DNA of 64,000 nucleotides from an uncultured Pelagibacteraceae bacterium (GCA_902623305.1 CACNTB010000002.1:42656-106655), one strand, 5' to 3'; shown: positions 28,683 to 39,036, numbered from the stretch's first letter. Numbers and translations: made by a program. The notes: generated from the sequence alone by a model not told the origin.

Positions 28683-29711
28683 TTATCTCGCCGTTTTAAA
28701 TTCCTTCCAAGTTCTAATTAATACTGGTGCTAGTAGAATAGCTATACCAATAATAGTCATCATTGAAGTAGCCGCAGCAGAACCAAACAATATCACTTCT
28801 TCATTAACCAAATTATCATAGATTAACCAAGACAATGATTGAGCACTACCTTCAGCGCTAAATCCTATAATGGGTTCAAATACTCTAAAGTTATCCATTA
28901 AAGAAATCAAAGCAACAAATGTGACTACAGGATAAATATGAGGTAAAACTATATGTTTAATTCTTTGGAATCTTGAGGCTCCATCTATAATTGCAGCTTC
29001 AATTGGTTCTTGGGGGACTGTTTGAAGAGCCGCATAAAAAACCACAAAGGCAAAAGGGGAGTGATGCCAAATTCCATAAATAATAATTGTTATCCAGGTT
29101 AATGTTTTTGAGGATTTAAGTGATAAATATGGATCATCCATTAAATTTTGTATATTTGCACCAATTATTCCTTGAGAGTCTATCATCCAAAATAATACCA
29201 ATGATCCAACCAACGGTGTAACAATCATCGGTAAAATTGTACCAAAGATTAAAGGTCCTCTAATTTTTCTAGCAACAGCATTTAAACTTAATGCAATAAT
29301 AAATCCTAAGAGGAGTACATTTGGTGTAACAAACAAACAATAAGTTAAAGTAAATATTAGAGCTTTATAAAATGGCAGATTAGTTACCTGATCCACAAAA
29401 GCACCAAAACTTTCAGTTTCATTCCAAAATTTTTTTATTTCATCAACTGCTAAATGGTTTCGATCAGTATAAGTACCAAAACCATTAAATTTTCCAAGAG
29501 GCTTTGCTTCTCTAATTTTTGAGGTTTCTTCGTTATCAACTACAATTGAAACAGTACATCCAAAAGGATCACATTTTTTAACTTCTTTTACTACTTGATC
29601 ATGTTGTGCGTAAAATGATTGAATTCCAGTAGATATAATTGGTAGCCCAATAAACAGGATCATTGCTAAACCCGTAGGTAAAAAAAACCAGAAAAAAGTT
29701 TTATTAGGCAT
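28683..29711 (-). CDS. Carbohydrate (CUT1) ABC permease, MalF-like
   Basis: EAA loop EAAIIDGASRFQR; MDNFRVFE; periplasmic insert with C.PFGC. Confidence 0.9.
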   Translation of the reverse strand: MPNKTFFWFFLPTGLAMILFIGLPIISTGIQSFYAQHDQVVKEVKKCDPFGCTVSIVVDNEETSKIREAKPLGKFNGFGTYTDRNHLAVDEIKKFWNETESFGAFVDQVTNLPFYKALIFTLTYCLFVTPNVLLLGFIIALSLNAVARKIRGPLIFGTILPMIVTPLVGSLVLFWMIDSQGIIGANIQNLMDDPYLSLKSSKTLTWITIIIYGIWHHSPFAFVVFYAALQTVPQEPIEAAIIDGASRFQRIKHIVLPHIYPVVTFVALISLMDNFRVFEPIIGFSAEGSAQSLSWLIYDNLVNEEVILFGSAAATSMMTIIGIAILLAPVLIRTWKEFKTAR

Positions 29712-29723
29712 TCAAATATTGAT

Positions 29724-29748
29724 TAAGTGGGGAGTAAATCCCCACTTA
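29724..29748 (-). terminator. Stem-loop between SBP and permease genes
   Basis: Perfect 10-bp inverted repeat TAAGTGGGGA-GTAAA-TCCCCACTTA. Confidence 0.65.
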
Positions 29749-29761
29749 TAAGTTTTAGATT

Positions 29762-30982
29762 TTATAGAAAACCTTGTTCTTTGGCTTTACTAATGTAAGC
29801 AGCTTCGACATCTTTCAATGCTTGTTCAGCTGACTCTTTTCCTTGTAAAAACTCAACAATCTCACTTCCTAATGCACCATGCATTAAACCCATTTGCGGT
29901 AACATTGGATATGGTTTTGCTCCCATTTTTACAGCTTCGATAACACCAATAGATTTTGGTCCAGGTACAAATCCTTCTACTAACCAAACAGCTTGATCAG
30001 CAGCGTCAGCAACCATCTTTTTATTTGATGCTGCATGCGCTAAAGCCCTAAAAGTTGCTTCAGCATCTGCGTCAGGTCTATTTTTTGCAAGCGTAAAACC
30101 ATCCCACCATAACGTAGCAGCAGGAATATTTCCTCCGCCTACAGTAGCAGGTCCAGTTAATTTAGTTGCTTTAGTTATATTTGGATCACCTTCATCATCA
30201 AGAAGAGTTCCAGATCTAGATGCCCATAATGTCATTAATGCAACATTACCAGACTCCCATTCTACTTTAATTGCTTCACTATCATGAGTTAAGTAATCAG
30301 GATTGCTCAATTCAGATAATTTTTTTAGCATATTTAAAGTAGCAACACCTTTAGCATTATTTACATTAGGCTCTGCACTCCCAGATTTAAAGAATTCACC
30401 GCCATGACCTATAAACATGTTTACAAATTCCTCTGCTAAGTTCCATCCAGCTTTGTAAGCAGCCGCATAAGGATATTGCATTTTACCTGAAGCTCTAATT
30501 TTTTCAGACGCTGCAACTACTTCCTCGTATGTTTTTGGCACAGCTATACCCATATCTTTCAATACATCTTCTCTGTAATACAAGTGTTGAGTGTTAGCCA
30601 TAAATGCTACAGCCATTACTTTGCCATCAATTGTAATTAATTGAGAATCTTGAATTCCTTTTCCATATTTTTTAACAAGATCATCTAATGGTCTTATCAA
30701 ATCTTGGTTCATCAAAGGAACAATTGAACTATTTGCTGCAATTCTTGCTGAAAACTCAGATGGATTTGCAGTTAAAGCTGGCACTGCGATTTTATTATGC
30801 TCAGATGAGTGAGTCACTTTAAAATCAGCACTTCCTTTACATTGTTTAGAAGTTTCAACGAAAGTTCTTAATGCAGGAAAATCATTAGCCAAAATATTTA
30901 TTGAACCACTTTTAATGTTACAATCTGCAAAAGCAGACGTTCCAAAAAGAAGAAACAATAAAGTAACTAGTATTTTTCTCAT
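29762..30982 (-). CDS. ABC extracellular solute-binding protein (family 1)
   Basis: Signal peptide ending AFA, LIRPLDDLV, HLYYREDVL, terminal SAEQALKDVEAAY. Confidence 0.9.
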   Translation of the reverse strand: MRKILVTLLFLLFGTSAFADCNIKSGSINILANDFPALRTFVETSKQCKGSADFKVTHSSEHNKIAVPALTANPSEFSARIAANSSIVPLMNQDLIRPLDDLVKKYGKGIQDSQLITIDGKVMAVAFMANTQHLYYREDVLKDMGIAVPKTYEEVVAASEKIRASGKMQYPYAAAYKAGWNLAEEFVNMFIGHGGEFFKSGSAEPNVNNAKGVATLNMLKKLSELSNPDYLTHDSEAIKVEWESGNVALMTLWASRSGTLLDDEGDPNITKATKLTGPATVGGGNIPAATLWWDGFTLAKNRPDADAEATFRALAHAASNKKMVADAADQAVWLVEGFVPGPKSIGVIEAVKMGAKPYPMLPQMGLMHGALGSEIVEFLQGKESAEQALKDVEAAYISKAKEQGFL

Positions 30983-31029
30983 ATTTTTTCTCTCTATTTT
31001 TATTGTTAAATTATAATTTAAGTTTCAAA

Positions 31030-31057
31030 ACTATATCTACTACTAGGAAGGATTCAA
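31030..31057 (-). promoter_or_regulatory. Putative sigma70 promoter for the SBP gene
   Basis: Minus strand TTGAAT-N16-TATAGT about 50 nt upstream of the ATG. Confidence 0.4.
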
Positions 31058-31065
31058 AGTGATAA

Positions 31066-32193
31066 TTAAATCACATTTGACGCAAGTTTAGCTCCAGCTA
31101 CTAATGACTCTAGTTTCTTATAAACTATATTTTCATCTACATTACCAAAGCCAGCAAAGGTGCTAAATCCACAGTCGGTACCAGCTAATAATTGCTCTGC
31201 ATTAATTACTTTAGAAAAGGTTAAAATTCTATTCTTTACAACTTCGGGATGTTCTACAAAATTTGTAGTAGAGTCTATTACACCTGGTGCAATTATTTTA
31301 TCACTTGGAATTTTTAAATTTTCGAAAATTTGCCACTCATGTGAATGTCTTGGATTAGACGACTCAATTAAATAAGTCTGAACATTAGCTTTTAATGCAA
31401 TTGGCATTATTTTTTCTAAAGGAATATCGTGTAGATGAGGTCCTTCATAATTTCCCCAACAGATATGTAGTCTTATACTTGAGCTGTCGATATTATTGAT
31501 GGCATTATTTAAACATTCTATTTGTTTTTCAGCTCTAATTAGAAACTCTGTTTCTGATAAATCTTTAAAAGTCATATGTCTAGCAAGAGCTAAATCTGGA
31601 CAATCTAACTGAAGTTTTAATCCGTTTGCAGTAATTTCTTCATATTCATCTTTCATAAGATTGGATAAATTTTCTAAATATTCATCATCATTTTTATAAT
31701 ATTTATTTGGCAAGAAAGCAGAAATAACTCCAGGAGAAGCAGCGTTCATGAAACCATCTTTATGATTGTTATTTTCTAATGCTTGCTTAAAATTATTAAT
31801 ATCTTTTGTTAGGGAAGTTTTATCTTTAATTTTTAATTCACTAGTACAACATGGTCGTGTGTAAGTAGGTGTACCACCAGTTCTTGCAATTCTTTCTTTA
31901 AAAGAGGGAAAGTCATCCAAGTCTTTCGGTGCTTTTCTCTCACTCTCTCCAGAAAAACCATCAATTCTATCTTTAACATAAGTAGCGTAACTAATCTTAG
32001 ACATTTCACCATCGCTAATATAATCAATTCCAACTTCGATTTGCTTTTTAACAATATTGTTTACATCTTTTTGAACTACTTTATCAAATTGATTAAAATC
32101 TATTTGTTCTTTTTGATCTTTTTTGAATAAGAGTTCAGATAATTCATTTGATCTAGGCAAACTTCCTACATGTGTTGTTTTAATTTTGGTCAT
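31066..32193 (-). CDS. Single-domain MetE-like Zn enzyme (cobalamin-independent methionine synthase II / epoxyalkane:CoM transferase family)
   Basis: TTHVGSLPR, SDGE, LQLDCPDL, HICWGNYEGPH (H-x-C), GTDCGF; no N-terminal barrel of full-length MetE. Confidence 0.85.
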   Translation of the reverse strand: MTKIKTTHVGSLPRSNELSELLFKKDQKEQIDFNQFDKVVQKDVNNIVKKQIEVGIDYISDGEMSKISYATYVKDRIDGFSGESERKAPKDLDDFPSFKERIARTGGTPTYTRPCCTSELKIKDKTSLTKDINNFKQALENNNHKDGFMNAASPGVISAFLPNKYYKNDDEYLENLSNLMKDEYEEITANGLKLQLDCPDLALARHMTFKDLSETEFLIRAEKQIECLNNAINNIDSSSIRLHICWGNYEGPHLHDIPLEKIMPIALKANVQTYLIESSNPRHSHEWQIFENLKIPSDKIIAPGVIDSTTNFVEHPEVVKNRILTFSKVINAEQLLAGTDCGFSTFAGFGNVDENIVYKKLESLVAGAKLASNVI

Positions 32194-32196
32194 AAT

Positions 32197-33159
32197 TTAT
32201 TTCATTAACATTTGTTTCCAAATTGCAACCTCATCAAACAAAACCCATTCTCTTATAACATTTCCATCAATTATTTCTGCATGGTTTATACCCATTATGA
32301 AAATATTTTTATTTGATTTTTCTTCAAAATCCAAAGTGTCTTTAGAATGATTACCTTCTAAAAACCATCGTATTGATGCTTTGGGATTTTTATCTGACTC
32401 TTCTAAATAGCCAATATGCTCTATAGAAAATTTTATATCGCTAAAAGTATTTTTTAAATTATTCCAAAATTTGACGATATCTTCTCTTCCATGTCCAATT
32501 TTATTTCCAGGCCAATAGATAGTTGCACCTCTTGCATAATCAGAAAAATCATAGTTATTTTTAAAGATATTTTTTAATATTTTTGAGTAATTTTCTCCAG
32601 CAGAGTAATTAGGTACAACACCTTGTCTGTAATCTGATTTCATCTCAGATCTTGAATTAAATAATTCAAGTGCTTTTTCAGCACCACCTTCTTTATTAAT
32701 AATCATTTGTGCAAATTCTTTTGGTGTAAATCCTATTTGTCTTACCATTGCACCTTGATCACGGACAATCCATTCATCATAGACTTGATTATTTTTACAC
32801 GCACAATCAGCAATTACTCTATAATAAATATCTTTCTTAGTTGGTTTTCCATATGAACCATCTCCAAGATGTGTTCCTTTGCTTAGAATTCTGTGAGAAG
32901 AGTGATACCCTAAATCATCATTTCCATTCCAAATTACATCTTCACCAAGTAACTGCCTGTTAGGAAATTCTTTTAAGGTTGCATAAGTTGCATCAATTAC
33001 AGATTTGTTTCCAATAGTAATTCCAAATGGAGATCTGACAGGAATATTGTCAGTATAAAATTGAGCGATAGACTCAACATCCTTATTTTCCCAAATTTGT
33101 TTAGTTATTTTAAGAATATAATCAGGAAAATTTTTATATTTTGGATCAAACCCTTTCAT
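32197..33159 (-). CDS. Tandem SnoaL/'ester cyclase' domain protein
   Basis: Two NTF2-like repeats ending VYDEWIVRD and VIREWVLFDE; start reassigned to ATG 33159. Confidence 0.75.
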   Translation of the reverse strand: MKGFDPKYKNFPDYILKITKQIWENKDVESIAQFYTDNIPVRSPFGITIGNKSVIDATYATLKEFPNRQLLGEDVIWNGNDDLGYHSSHRILSKGTHLGDGSYGKPTKKDIYYRVIADCACKNNQVYDEWIVRDQGAMVRQIGFTPKEFAQMIINKEGGAEKALELFNSRSEMKSDYRQGVVPNYSAGENYSKILKNIFKNNYDFSDYARGATIYWPGNKIGHGREDIVKFWNNLKNTFSDIKFSIEHIGYLEESDKNPKASIRWFLEGNHSKDTLDFEEKSNKNIFIMGINHAEIIDGNVIREWVLFDEVAIWKQMLMK

Positions 33160-34103
33160 TAGATTTGTGTTACACAATTTAAGTAACAATCCTTATTTTC
33201 ATTTATCTTTATACTAACATTTGAATTAATTGGGATCGAAATTGTATCTTTAGGATTTAAAATATATTCAAAATTATCAATCATAATCTCCCACTTGCCA
33301 GTTCTTGAAAATAATATTGTTGGTTTTTCAAATTTTAAATTATTGATTTGCCCCTTATTAGATTTTAAAATTGAAAGGTTAAATCCAGTATTTTGATTTA
33401 TTAATGGAATGTATTCTTTATTTTCAAATTTATTTCCAAGAATTTGAATTAAATTAACTTTATCGTTTATCTTATTAACTTGTTTTGTATTTTCGTTATA
33501 TTTACATATAAATTTTTCTAGCTGATCTAGTTTGTAATTATCAAATGTTTTAATTTCATCTTTAGAAATTGGTTCGAGAATACTTTTTCCTTTTGGTATT
33601 TCGTTTATTGATAAATCAATTAATGAATTATCATTTAAAAGTGCCATGCCTGTTTTCTTTGCTTTTTCTAAGACACTTGGAACCCAAGTTATTATTCCAG
33701 GATCATCTCCACCTAAAACAACAAAAATTAATCCTTCATCATCACCCGCATTTTCAAATGCTCTAAACATATTAGTTGGCATAGAGATAATATCCCCAGC
33801 ACTTAATATTGTTTCATCTTTACCTTCTGCTCCCCAATAAAATCTCCATTTACCAGAGTAAATAATAAAAACTTCTGCAGTTGTGTGGCTATGCAAACCA
33901 GAACCATTTTTAGGCATTGCTGATACAGCTCCTAGATTAAAACTGTGTGGCATTGCTATCTTTACAAATTGACTACTGTCTTCTGCGACACCAGGACCTA
34001 CTATTGAATAATTCTTTCTCTCTTTATGACCCTCAAGTCTGCCTTCAACAAAAGGCAATGTACTTGGTACAAGTTCATTAAATTTTGCAAATCTATTATT
34101 CAT
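33159..34103 (-). CDS. Cupin domain protein (probable bicupin)
   Basis: GLHSHTTAEVF..SGKWRFYWG...AGDIISMP..FRAFEN; degenerate second cupin TGKWEI...NPKDTISIP. Confidence 0.8.
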   Translation of the reverse strand: MNNRFAKFNELVPSTLPFVEGRLEGHKERKNYSIVGPGVAEDSSQFVKIAMPHSFNLGAVSAMPKNGSGLHSHTTAEVFIIYSGKWRFYWGAEGKDETILSAGDIISMPTNMFRAFENAGDDEGLIFVVLGGDDPGIITWVPSVLEKAKKTGMALLNDNSLIDLSINEIPKGKSILEPISKDEIKTFDNYKLDQLEKFICKYNENTKQVNKINDKVNLIQILGNKFENKEYIPLINQNTGFNLSILKSNKGQINNLKFEKPTILFSRTGKWEIMIDNFEYILNPKDTISIPINSNVSIKINENKDCYLNCVTQI

Positions 34104-34153
34104 ACTTTTTTAAATTATGTTTTATGATACTAAGCTTACCTTAATTATAAAAA

Positions 34154-35239
34154 ATGCAAATAGAAAAATTTGATACAGGTCTTAAAGGGCAAGAGAGTTT
34201 TAAAAAATTAAATATTACCCCCCAAGAAAATTTTGATAATAAGCTTTTAGTTAGAGGTTATATAAATTCAATTATTAAAGGTGGTGTTTCTAAATTAGAA
34301 GCAAACTTAGACAAATCATTTTCAAAAGAAATTAAAGTTAATTGCTTTTATCCACTTAATGAATTTTCAGGATTACAAGATTTTAAAGATAAATTCTGGA
34401 CACCTTTATTTGAAGCTCTTCCAGATATTGAGAGAAGGGAACAAGTTGTTATAGGAGGAGCTTTCAGGGATAAAATCCAGGTAGGTTCAATTTCCATATT
34501 GTCGGGAACATTTAAAAAACCTCTATTTGGGATCAAACCAAATAACAAAATGGTTAATTTAAAATGTTGTGAAGTTCATGAATTGAAAAAAAATAAAATT
34601 GTTGAAAGTCATATATTAATTGATCTTTTAGACTTAATATTTCAAACAGGAATTAATCCTATACGTAAATCTAGAGGGTCTGAGGGTTTTTGGTTAAATC
34701 CAATTAATTGTGATGGTGTTAATTTTTTTGAAAAAGATATGAAGGTATCTGAAGAAAGTTTAGATCAATCTTTAACTATGCAAAGAAGTTTAAATATAAA
34801 GCCAGAATTAGAGGCTAAATCAGATAAAGAATTAAAAGAAAAGCTAATAAATCATCCGCAAAGCGAATTCTGGCATGATAAAATGATTTGGTATGGACCT
34901 AGCGGCATTGGAACTACAAGAACACTTGAGGGATTTGTTGATAATCATCAACTTCCATTTAGAAAAACTTTTAAGGAGAGAAATTATTGGAAATTAGGAC
35001 ATTATTGTGAGCTTGGAGATGGAAAATTTTCAATGACAGCTGGCTGGCATAGTATTCAAGCTATATACGGATCTGATGATTGGCTTGGATATAAAGCAAC
35101 AAATAAAAATATAACAATGAGAGTTATGGATTTTTATCATCATGATGAAGGTAAAATAAGAGAGAATTGGGTCCCAATTGACCTAATACATATCTTAAGT
35201 CAAATCGGAATTGATATTTTTAAAATAATTAAAAAATAA
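34154..35239 (+). CDS. Tandem SnoaL/'ester cyclase' domain protein
   Basis: Two repeats ending KIVESHILIDL and MRVMDFY...KIRENWVPIDL; WYGPSGIG motif. Confidence 0.75.
   Translation: MQIEKFDTGLKGQESFKKLNITPQENFDNKLLVRGYINSIIKGGVSKLEANLDKSFSKEIKVNCFYPLNEFSGLQDFKDKFWTPLFEALPDIERREQVVIGGAFRDKIQVGSISILSGTFKKPLFGIKPNNKMVNLKCCEVHELKKNKIVESHILIDLLDLIFQTGINPIRKSRGSEGFWLNPINCDGVNFFEKDMKVSEESLDQSLTMQRSLNIKPELEAKSDKELKEKLINHPQSEFWHDKMIWYGPSGIGTTRTLEGFVDNHQLPFRKTFKERNYWKLGHYCELGDGKFSMTAGWHSIQAIYGSDDWLGYKATNKNITMRVMDFYHHDEGKIRENWVPIDLIHILSQIGIDIFKIIKK
35230..35239 (+). repeat. Left copy of 10-bp direct repeat TAAAAAATAA (right copy 45683..45692)
   Basis: Identical 10-mer at the stop of the SnoaL gene and at the start of the ABC ATPase gene. 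Confidence 0.4.
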
Positions 35240-35247
35240 ACAAATTA

Positions 35248-36186
35248 TTAGATTTCAAATAATGCACCTTTCTTTTTGATTTCTTTTAACATTTTATCAA
35301 TTTCAATTTCTGTGAATTTAAGAAAAGATTTTGCTATTTGTGACATAGGTTGATGTGATGGTGTTAATATCCCAAATGAGTAAGGTATAGCTGGAGAAAA
35401 TCTTCGAAAAATTAATTTTGAAGTATTTAAATTAAACTTATTTAGTAACCAAAAATCTATAGGAGAGATAACGCTATAAGTATTAGGATTGTCTACTACA
35501 TTTACACAGCTTATCCCCGCATTTTGAAATTGATATTGTGGATTAAAAGAAGACTTATTTTTTTCGAAAATATTTATTAATTGTTTAGTAATAAAATGAT
35601 TTGGCATATATGTAGCACATTTTTTATTTTTAAGATCTTTAGGTGTTATGATCTTTTTTTTTGAAAGAGGATCTCCTGAAAATAATACACATATACATTC
35701 TAGATGGTATTCTTTTTGATTAACAAGTGACCTTTTATTTTGAATTTCTGCAACTCCAATATCAAATGTTTGTGTTGATATTAATTGATATACAGTTTGC
35801 GAATGACGAGAACTAACTAAAACGTTTGAATTAGAGGATTTTTTTTTAAACTTACTAATTATACTTGGAATTAGAATTTCTGCTAACAGAGGCATACTTG
35901 CAATCTTGATTGGTTTTAAACTTATTTCATTTTTTTTTCCTACTGCTTGGTCTAAAAAAGCTACCTGTTGAAGTATTCTTTCACCCTCTTCTTTAAGAAA
36001 ATATGCTTCTGGAACAGGATGTAATCGTCTTTTTTTTCTAACGAATAATTGATATCCAATGCTTTTTTCTAAATTTGATAATGCTGCACTAATAGAAGAT
36101 TGTGTTCTTTTTAGATTTTTCGCAGCCTGGCTTATAGTTCCGGAAGCCATTATTTCATTAAATACTTTTAAATGCCAAAGTCTCAT
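35248..36186 (-). CDS. LysR family transcriptional regulator
   Basis: GTISQAAKNLKRTQSSISAALSNLEKSIGYQLFVR..RRLHP.PEA HTH; 312 aa. Confidence 0.92.
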   Translation of the reverse strand: MRLWHLKVFNEIMASGTISQAAKNLKRTQSSISAALSNLEKSIGYQLFVRKKRRLHPVPEAYFLKEEGERILQQVAFLDQAVGKKNEISLKPIKIASMPLLAEILIPSIISKFKKKSSNSNVLVSSRHSQTVYQLISTQTFDIGVAEIQNKRSLVNQKEYHLECICVLFSGDPLSKKKIITPKDLKNKKCATYMPNHFITKQLINIFEKNKSSFNPQYQFQNAGISCVNVVDNPNTYSVISPIDFWLLNKFNLNTSKLIFRRFSPAIPYSFGILTPSHQPMSQIAKSFLKFTEIEIDKMLKEIKKKGALFEI

Positions 36187-36230
36187 TATCTTTTTTAGAT
36201 TAACATGATTATTTTTAGTAAAGAAGTAAT

Positions 36231-37046
36231 TTAAGTTTTTTTACTTTTAAATTCTTTTACTATATTGGTAATCGCATTTTCTATTGGAATTCTTTCAATA
36301 CTTGAGGCCCCAACAAAACCTTTACAAAGTGTATTTGCATATACTTTTTCTGTATCTTCAGGTTCTGCTATTTCTCCACCGTGAGCTAAAAAAATACTTT
36401 TTTTATATTTTTCACAAGATTTAATAATTGAGTTTATTTTTTTTATGCTTTCGCTAAGCTTTGATGCCCCTGAAAAACCAGATATTCCTCCTTTTGTAGC
36501 TCCAACGTGAGGAACTATACAGTCTGCACCAGCCTTTGCCATTTCAATTGCATCTTTTTCTTCAGCTACGTATGCCATAGAAAAAATATTTTTTTTATTT
36601 GCTTTTTCAATTAATTCTATTTCTTTATTAAATCCTAAACCGACTTTTTCTCTTCTATTTCTCCACTTTTCTCCCATTGTGGAAATGGTTGGATAATTAA
36701 TTATTCCCGAATAGCCTGCCTCCATAAAATTATCTAACAATCTTTCAGTATCTAAATTAGTTGGATCCCAAGCTTCTACACCACCAATTATAGGAGTTTT
36801 TTTTGTAACATTTTGAATTTCTGAACATAATTTTATAGTTTCTTTATTTGAATCACCAATTCTACTAGTTGGTAATCCCATTAGCCTTGATTTACCTGTA
36901 CTGTATACTACAATTAAATCAGCTCCTGCTTCACTTGAACATTTTGCTACCAACCCACAACTTGAGCCAGCAGCTAATATTGCTCTCTTATTTTTAATTT
37001 GATCGTTAAGAGATTTTAAAATTTGTTTTCTTGTAAATTTAGTCAT
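36231..37046 (-). CDS. TIM-barrel protein of the 'PEP hydrolase'/TIM-barrel signal transduction family (like the Tm-1 C-terminal domain)
   Basis: R.QILK.L..QI...AGSSCGLVAK..EAGADLIVVYSTG.SRLMG, NYPT, HVGAT.GG, HGG.IAEPED, GFVGASSIERIP. Confidence 0.8.
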   Translation of the reverse strand: MTKFTRKQILKSLNDQIKNKRAILAAGSSCGLVAKCSSEAGADLIVVYSTGKSRLMGLPTSRIGDSNKETIKLCSEIQNVTKKTPIIGGVEAWDPTNLDTERLLDNFMEAGYSGIINYPTISTMGEKWRNRREKVGLGFNKEIELIEKANKKNIFSMAYVAEEKDAIEMAKAGADCIVPHVGATKGGISGFSGASKLSESIKKINSIIKSCEKYKKSIFLAHGGEIAEPEDTEKVYANTLCKGFVGASSIERIPIENAITNIVKEFKSKKT

Positions 37047-37055
37047 TATATATTT

Positions 37056-38255
37056 TTAAACATTATTTTGAATCCAATCAACAACTGTATTTGAAAATTT
37101 AGCATCATTAATATGATTGTTGCTTGTTATTAATTGTATATTTTTAAATTTATATTTTTTGAATGTTTTTAACCAGCTTTTATTTTCTTTTGGACCATAA
37201 AAAAATTTATTTTTTTTATCATAGTCTGAAAATCCTTTTTCTGGATAAATTACAGCACATTTAGAATTTTTATTTAACAATCTTTTTGCCATAATTTTTG
37301 CAATCTTAATATTTTCATAAACATTAGTTCTCATTAGAGTTGTGAATTTAGTATGTTGATAAAGATTTCTCTTTAAAAATTTTTTTGGAATAGAATTTAA
37401 TGAGGAGAAATTTACCATATCAATTGCTCCAGTAGAAACAATCTGAGGGATTTTCATTTTAATTGCTGATGTAAGTCGATGTTTTCCAGCACTCGCAGTA
37501 CCACCAACAACCTCGTCAGCTATTTCAGAAGTTGTAAGATCTATTACCCCATCAAAATATTTCTCATTAATTAGTTTTTCAAAAAATCTACCACCAGCAC
37601 CATTTGCTGGTAGAACAACTGAATCATAATTCTTATTTTTCAATAATTTTACACATAAATTGACTGCGATAGTAGTAACACCAAATGAAGTTATACCTAT
37701 AATTTTTTTTTTGTAACTGGATAATTTTTTTGATTTCTTAATACTTAAAATTGAACTTGTATAAATATCTAAAGTTTTTTTATTAAAAGAATTTAATCCA
37801 AAAAAATCAATTGGAGTAGGAAAAACAATTATATTTTGTTTTTCACAAATTTTAGAAATCATAGCTGGTCTTGCGCTTGTAATAATAAATTTTGGAACAG
37901 ATAATGGTAAATCTTCAATAATACTTGAAAATAATGCAGTTCCTTTTCCTCCACCAATAGAACAAATAATATCAAATTTATTTTTTTTAAATAACTCATT
38001 AATTATCTTTTTTGCACCGATAGCAAATATATTTAAAATTTTTGATGGTTCTTTTAATTTTTCAATTTTATTTTTCTTTAAACCTGAGTAATCAATTAGT
38101 TTATTACGATTTATATTACTTTTTATTGAAGATGTTTTTTTTATGCCAACATCAAAAATTATAAGTTTATTTTTGTTTGAATTTAACTTTTTTATAATAT
38201 ATTTACTTTCATCTAATTTTGAGTCTAAAGTTGATATAAATAATATTTTTTGCAT
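37056..38255 (-). CDS. Tm-1-like ATP-binding domain protein (UPF0261)
   Basis: STLDSK.DE, GGGKGT...LP..VPK, TSFGVTT, ANGAGGR..E, DLTTSEIAD...GG, GAIDMVNF, TLMRT, HIND..F. Confidence 0.85.
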   Translation of the reverse strand: MQKILFISTLDSKLDESKYIIKKLNSNKNKLIIFDVGIKKTSSIKSNINRNKLIDYSGLKKNKIEKLKEPSKILNIFAIGAKKIINELFKKNKFDIICSIGGGKGTALFSSIIEDLPLSVPKFIITSARPAMISKICEKQNIIVFPTPIDFFGLNSFNKKTLDIYTSSILSIKKSKKLSSYKKKIIGITSFGVTTIAVNLCVKLLKNKNYDSVVLPANGAGGRFFEKLINEKYFDGVIDLTTSEIADEVVGGTASAGKHRLTSAIKMKIPQIVSTGAIDMVNFSSLNSIPKKFLKRNLYQHTKFTTLMRTNVYENIKIAKIMAKRLLNKNSKCAVIYPEKGFSDYDKKNKFFYGPKENKSWLKTFKKYKFKNIQLITSNNHINDAKFSNTVVDWIQNNV

Positions 38256-38256
38256 T

Positions 38257-39036
38257 TTATTTAATTAATAAATTTCTAAGATTTTTTAATTTTAATGTAG
38301 CTTTAATTTTTTTAGATGTATTTGGAACACCAGTTTCAACAAGTATAGATTTCATCTTAAAATTTTTTGCTGCCAAAATATCAGTTTCAAGCTGATCTCC
38401 AACAAGAACAACGTTTTCTTTTTTGAGTTTCATTACTTTTAATGCTTCTTTAATTAAATATGTATTCGGCTTTCCAACAAATATTTTTTTTATTTTAGGT
38501 CCTGTTGCATCAATAATCGATTGAATTATACTACCTGCTCCAGGTTGGAACCCTTTTTCATTTGGTAAAATTTTATCTAGATTTGTAGCGACTAACAATT
38601 TTCCACTTCTTAAAATATTGCTAGCTTCTGTTATTTTTTTATAGTTTATATTTGTGTCTAAACCTGCAACTACTGCTTTGACATTTTTTTTAGATATTTT
38701 GAATTTTTTAATTTTAATTTCATTTTTTAAAGCTTTAGATCCAACTACATAAATATTGGTGCCTTTTTTATATTTTTTTGAAACAAAATTTGCAGTTGCC
38801 ACGCTAGTGGTGATTATAAACTTTGAATTTATATCTATTCCACATTTAATAATTTTTTTAGCAAACTCTTTTTGAGATTTTGTTGAATTATTTGTTAAAA
38901 AAGCAACTTTGTAATTATTTTTTAAAAGTTCATTTATTTTTTTTACAGCAGATTTAATAGGTTTACTTCCTCTATAAACTACTCCATCTAAATCAAATAT
39001 AAATCCTTTAATTTTTTTCCAATTAATTTTTCTCAT
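38257..39036 (-). CDS. HAD-IIA (NagD-like) phosphatase
   Basis: FDLDGVVY, FLTNNST, ATNLD, PGAG, VGKP, VGDQLETDI. Confidence 0.9.
   Translation of the reverse strand: MRKINWKKIKGFIFDLDGVVYRGSKPIKSAVKKINELLKNNYKVAFLTNNSTKSQKEFAKKIIKCGIDINSKFIITTSVATANFVSKKYKKGTNIYVVGSKALKNEIKIKKFKISKKNVKAVVAGLDTNINYKKITEASNILRSGKLLVATNLDKILPNEKGFQPGAGSIIQSIIDATGPKIKKIFVGKPNTYLIKEALKVMKLKKENVVLVGDQLETDILAAKNFKMKSILVETGVPNTSKKIKATLKLKNLRNLLIK

Noticed and set aside
31006-31021. Perfect palindrome TTAAATTATAATTTAA upstream of the cluster A SBP
   Set aside because: Entirely A/T, no second copy or cognate regulator seen; chance cannot be excluded.
31066-32193. Calling this gene metE
   Set aside because: Only one barrel, motif closer to the uncharacterised/CoM-transferase-like group, and a catabolic context.
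36231-38255. Tm-1-like pair as an anti-phage defence system
   Set aside because: Tightly coupled to kinase, SDR, phosphatase and sugar ABC genes with no defence genes nearby; a metabolic role is more parsimonious.
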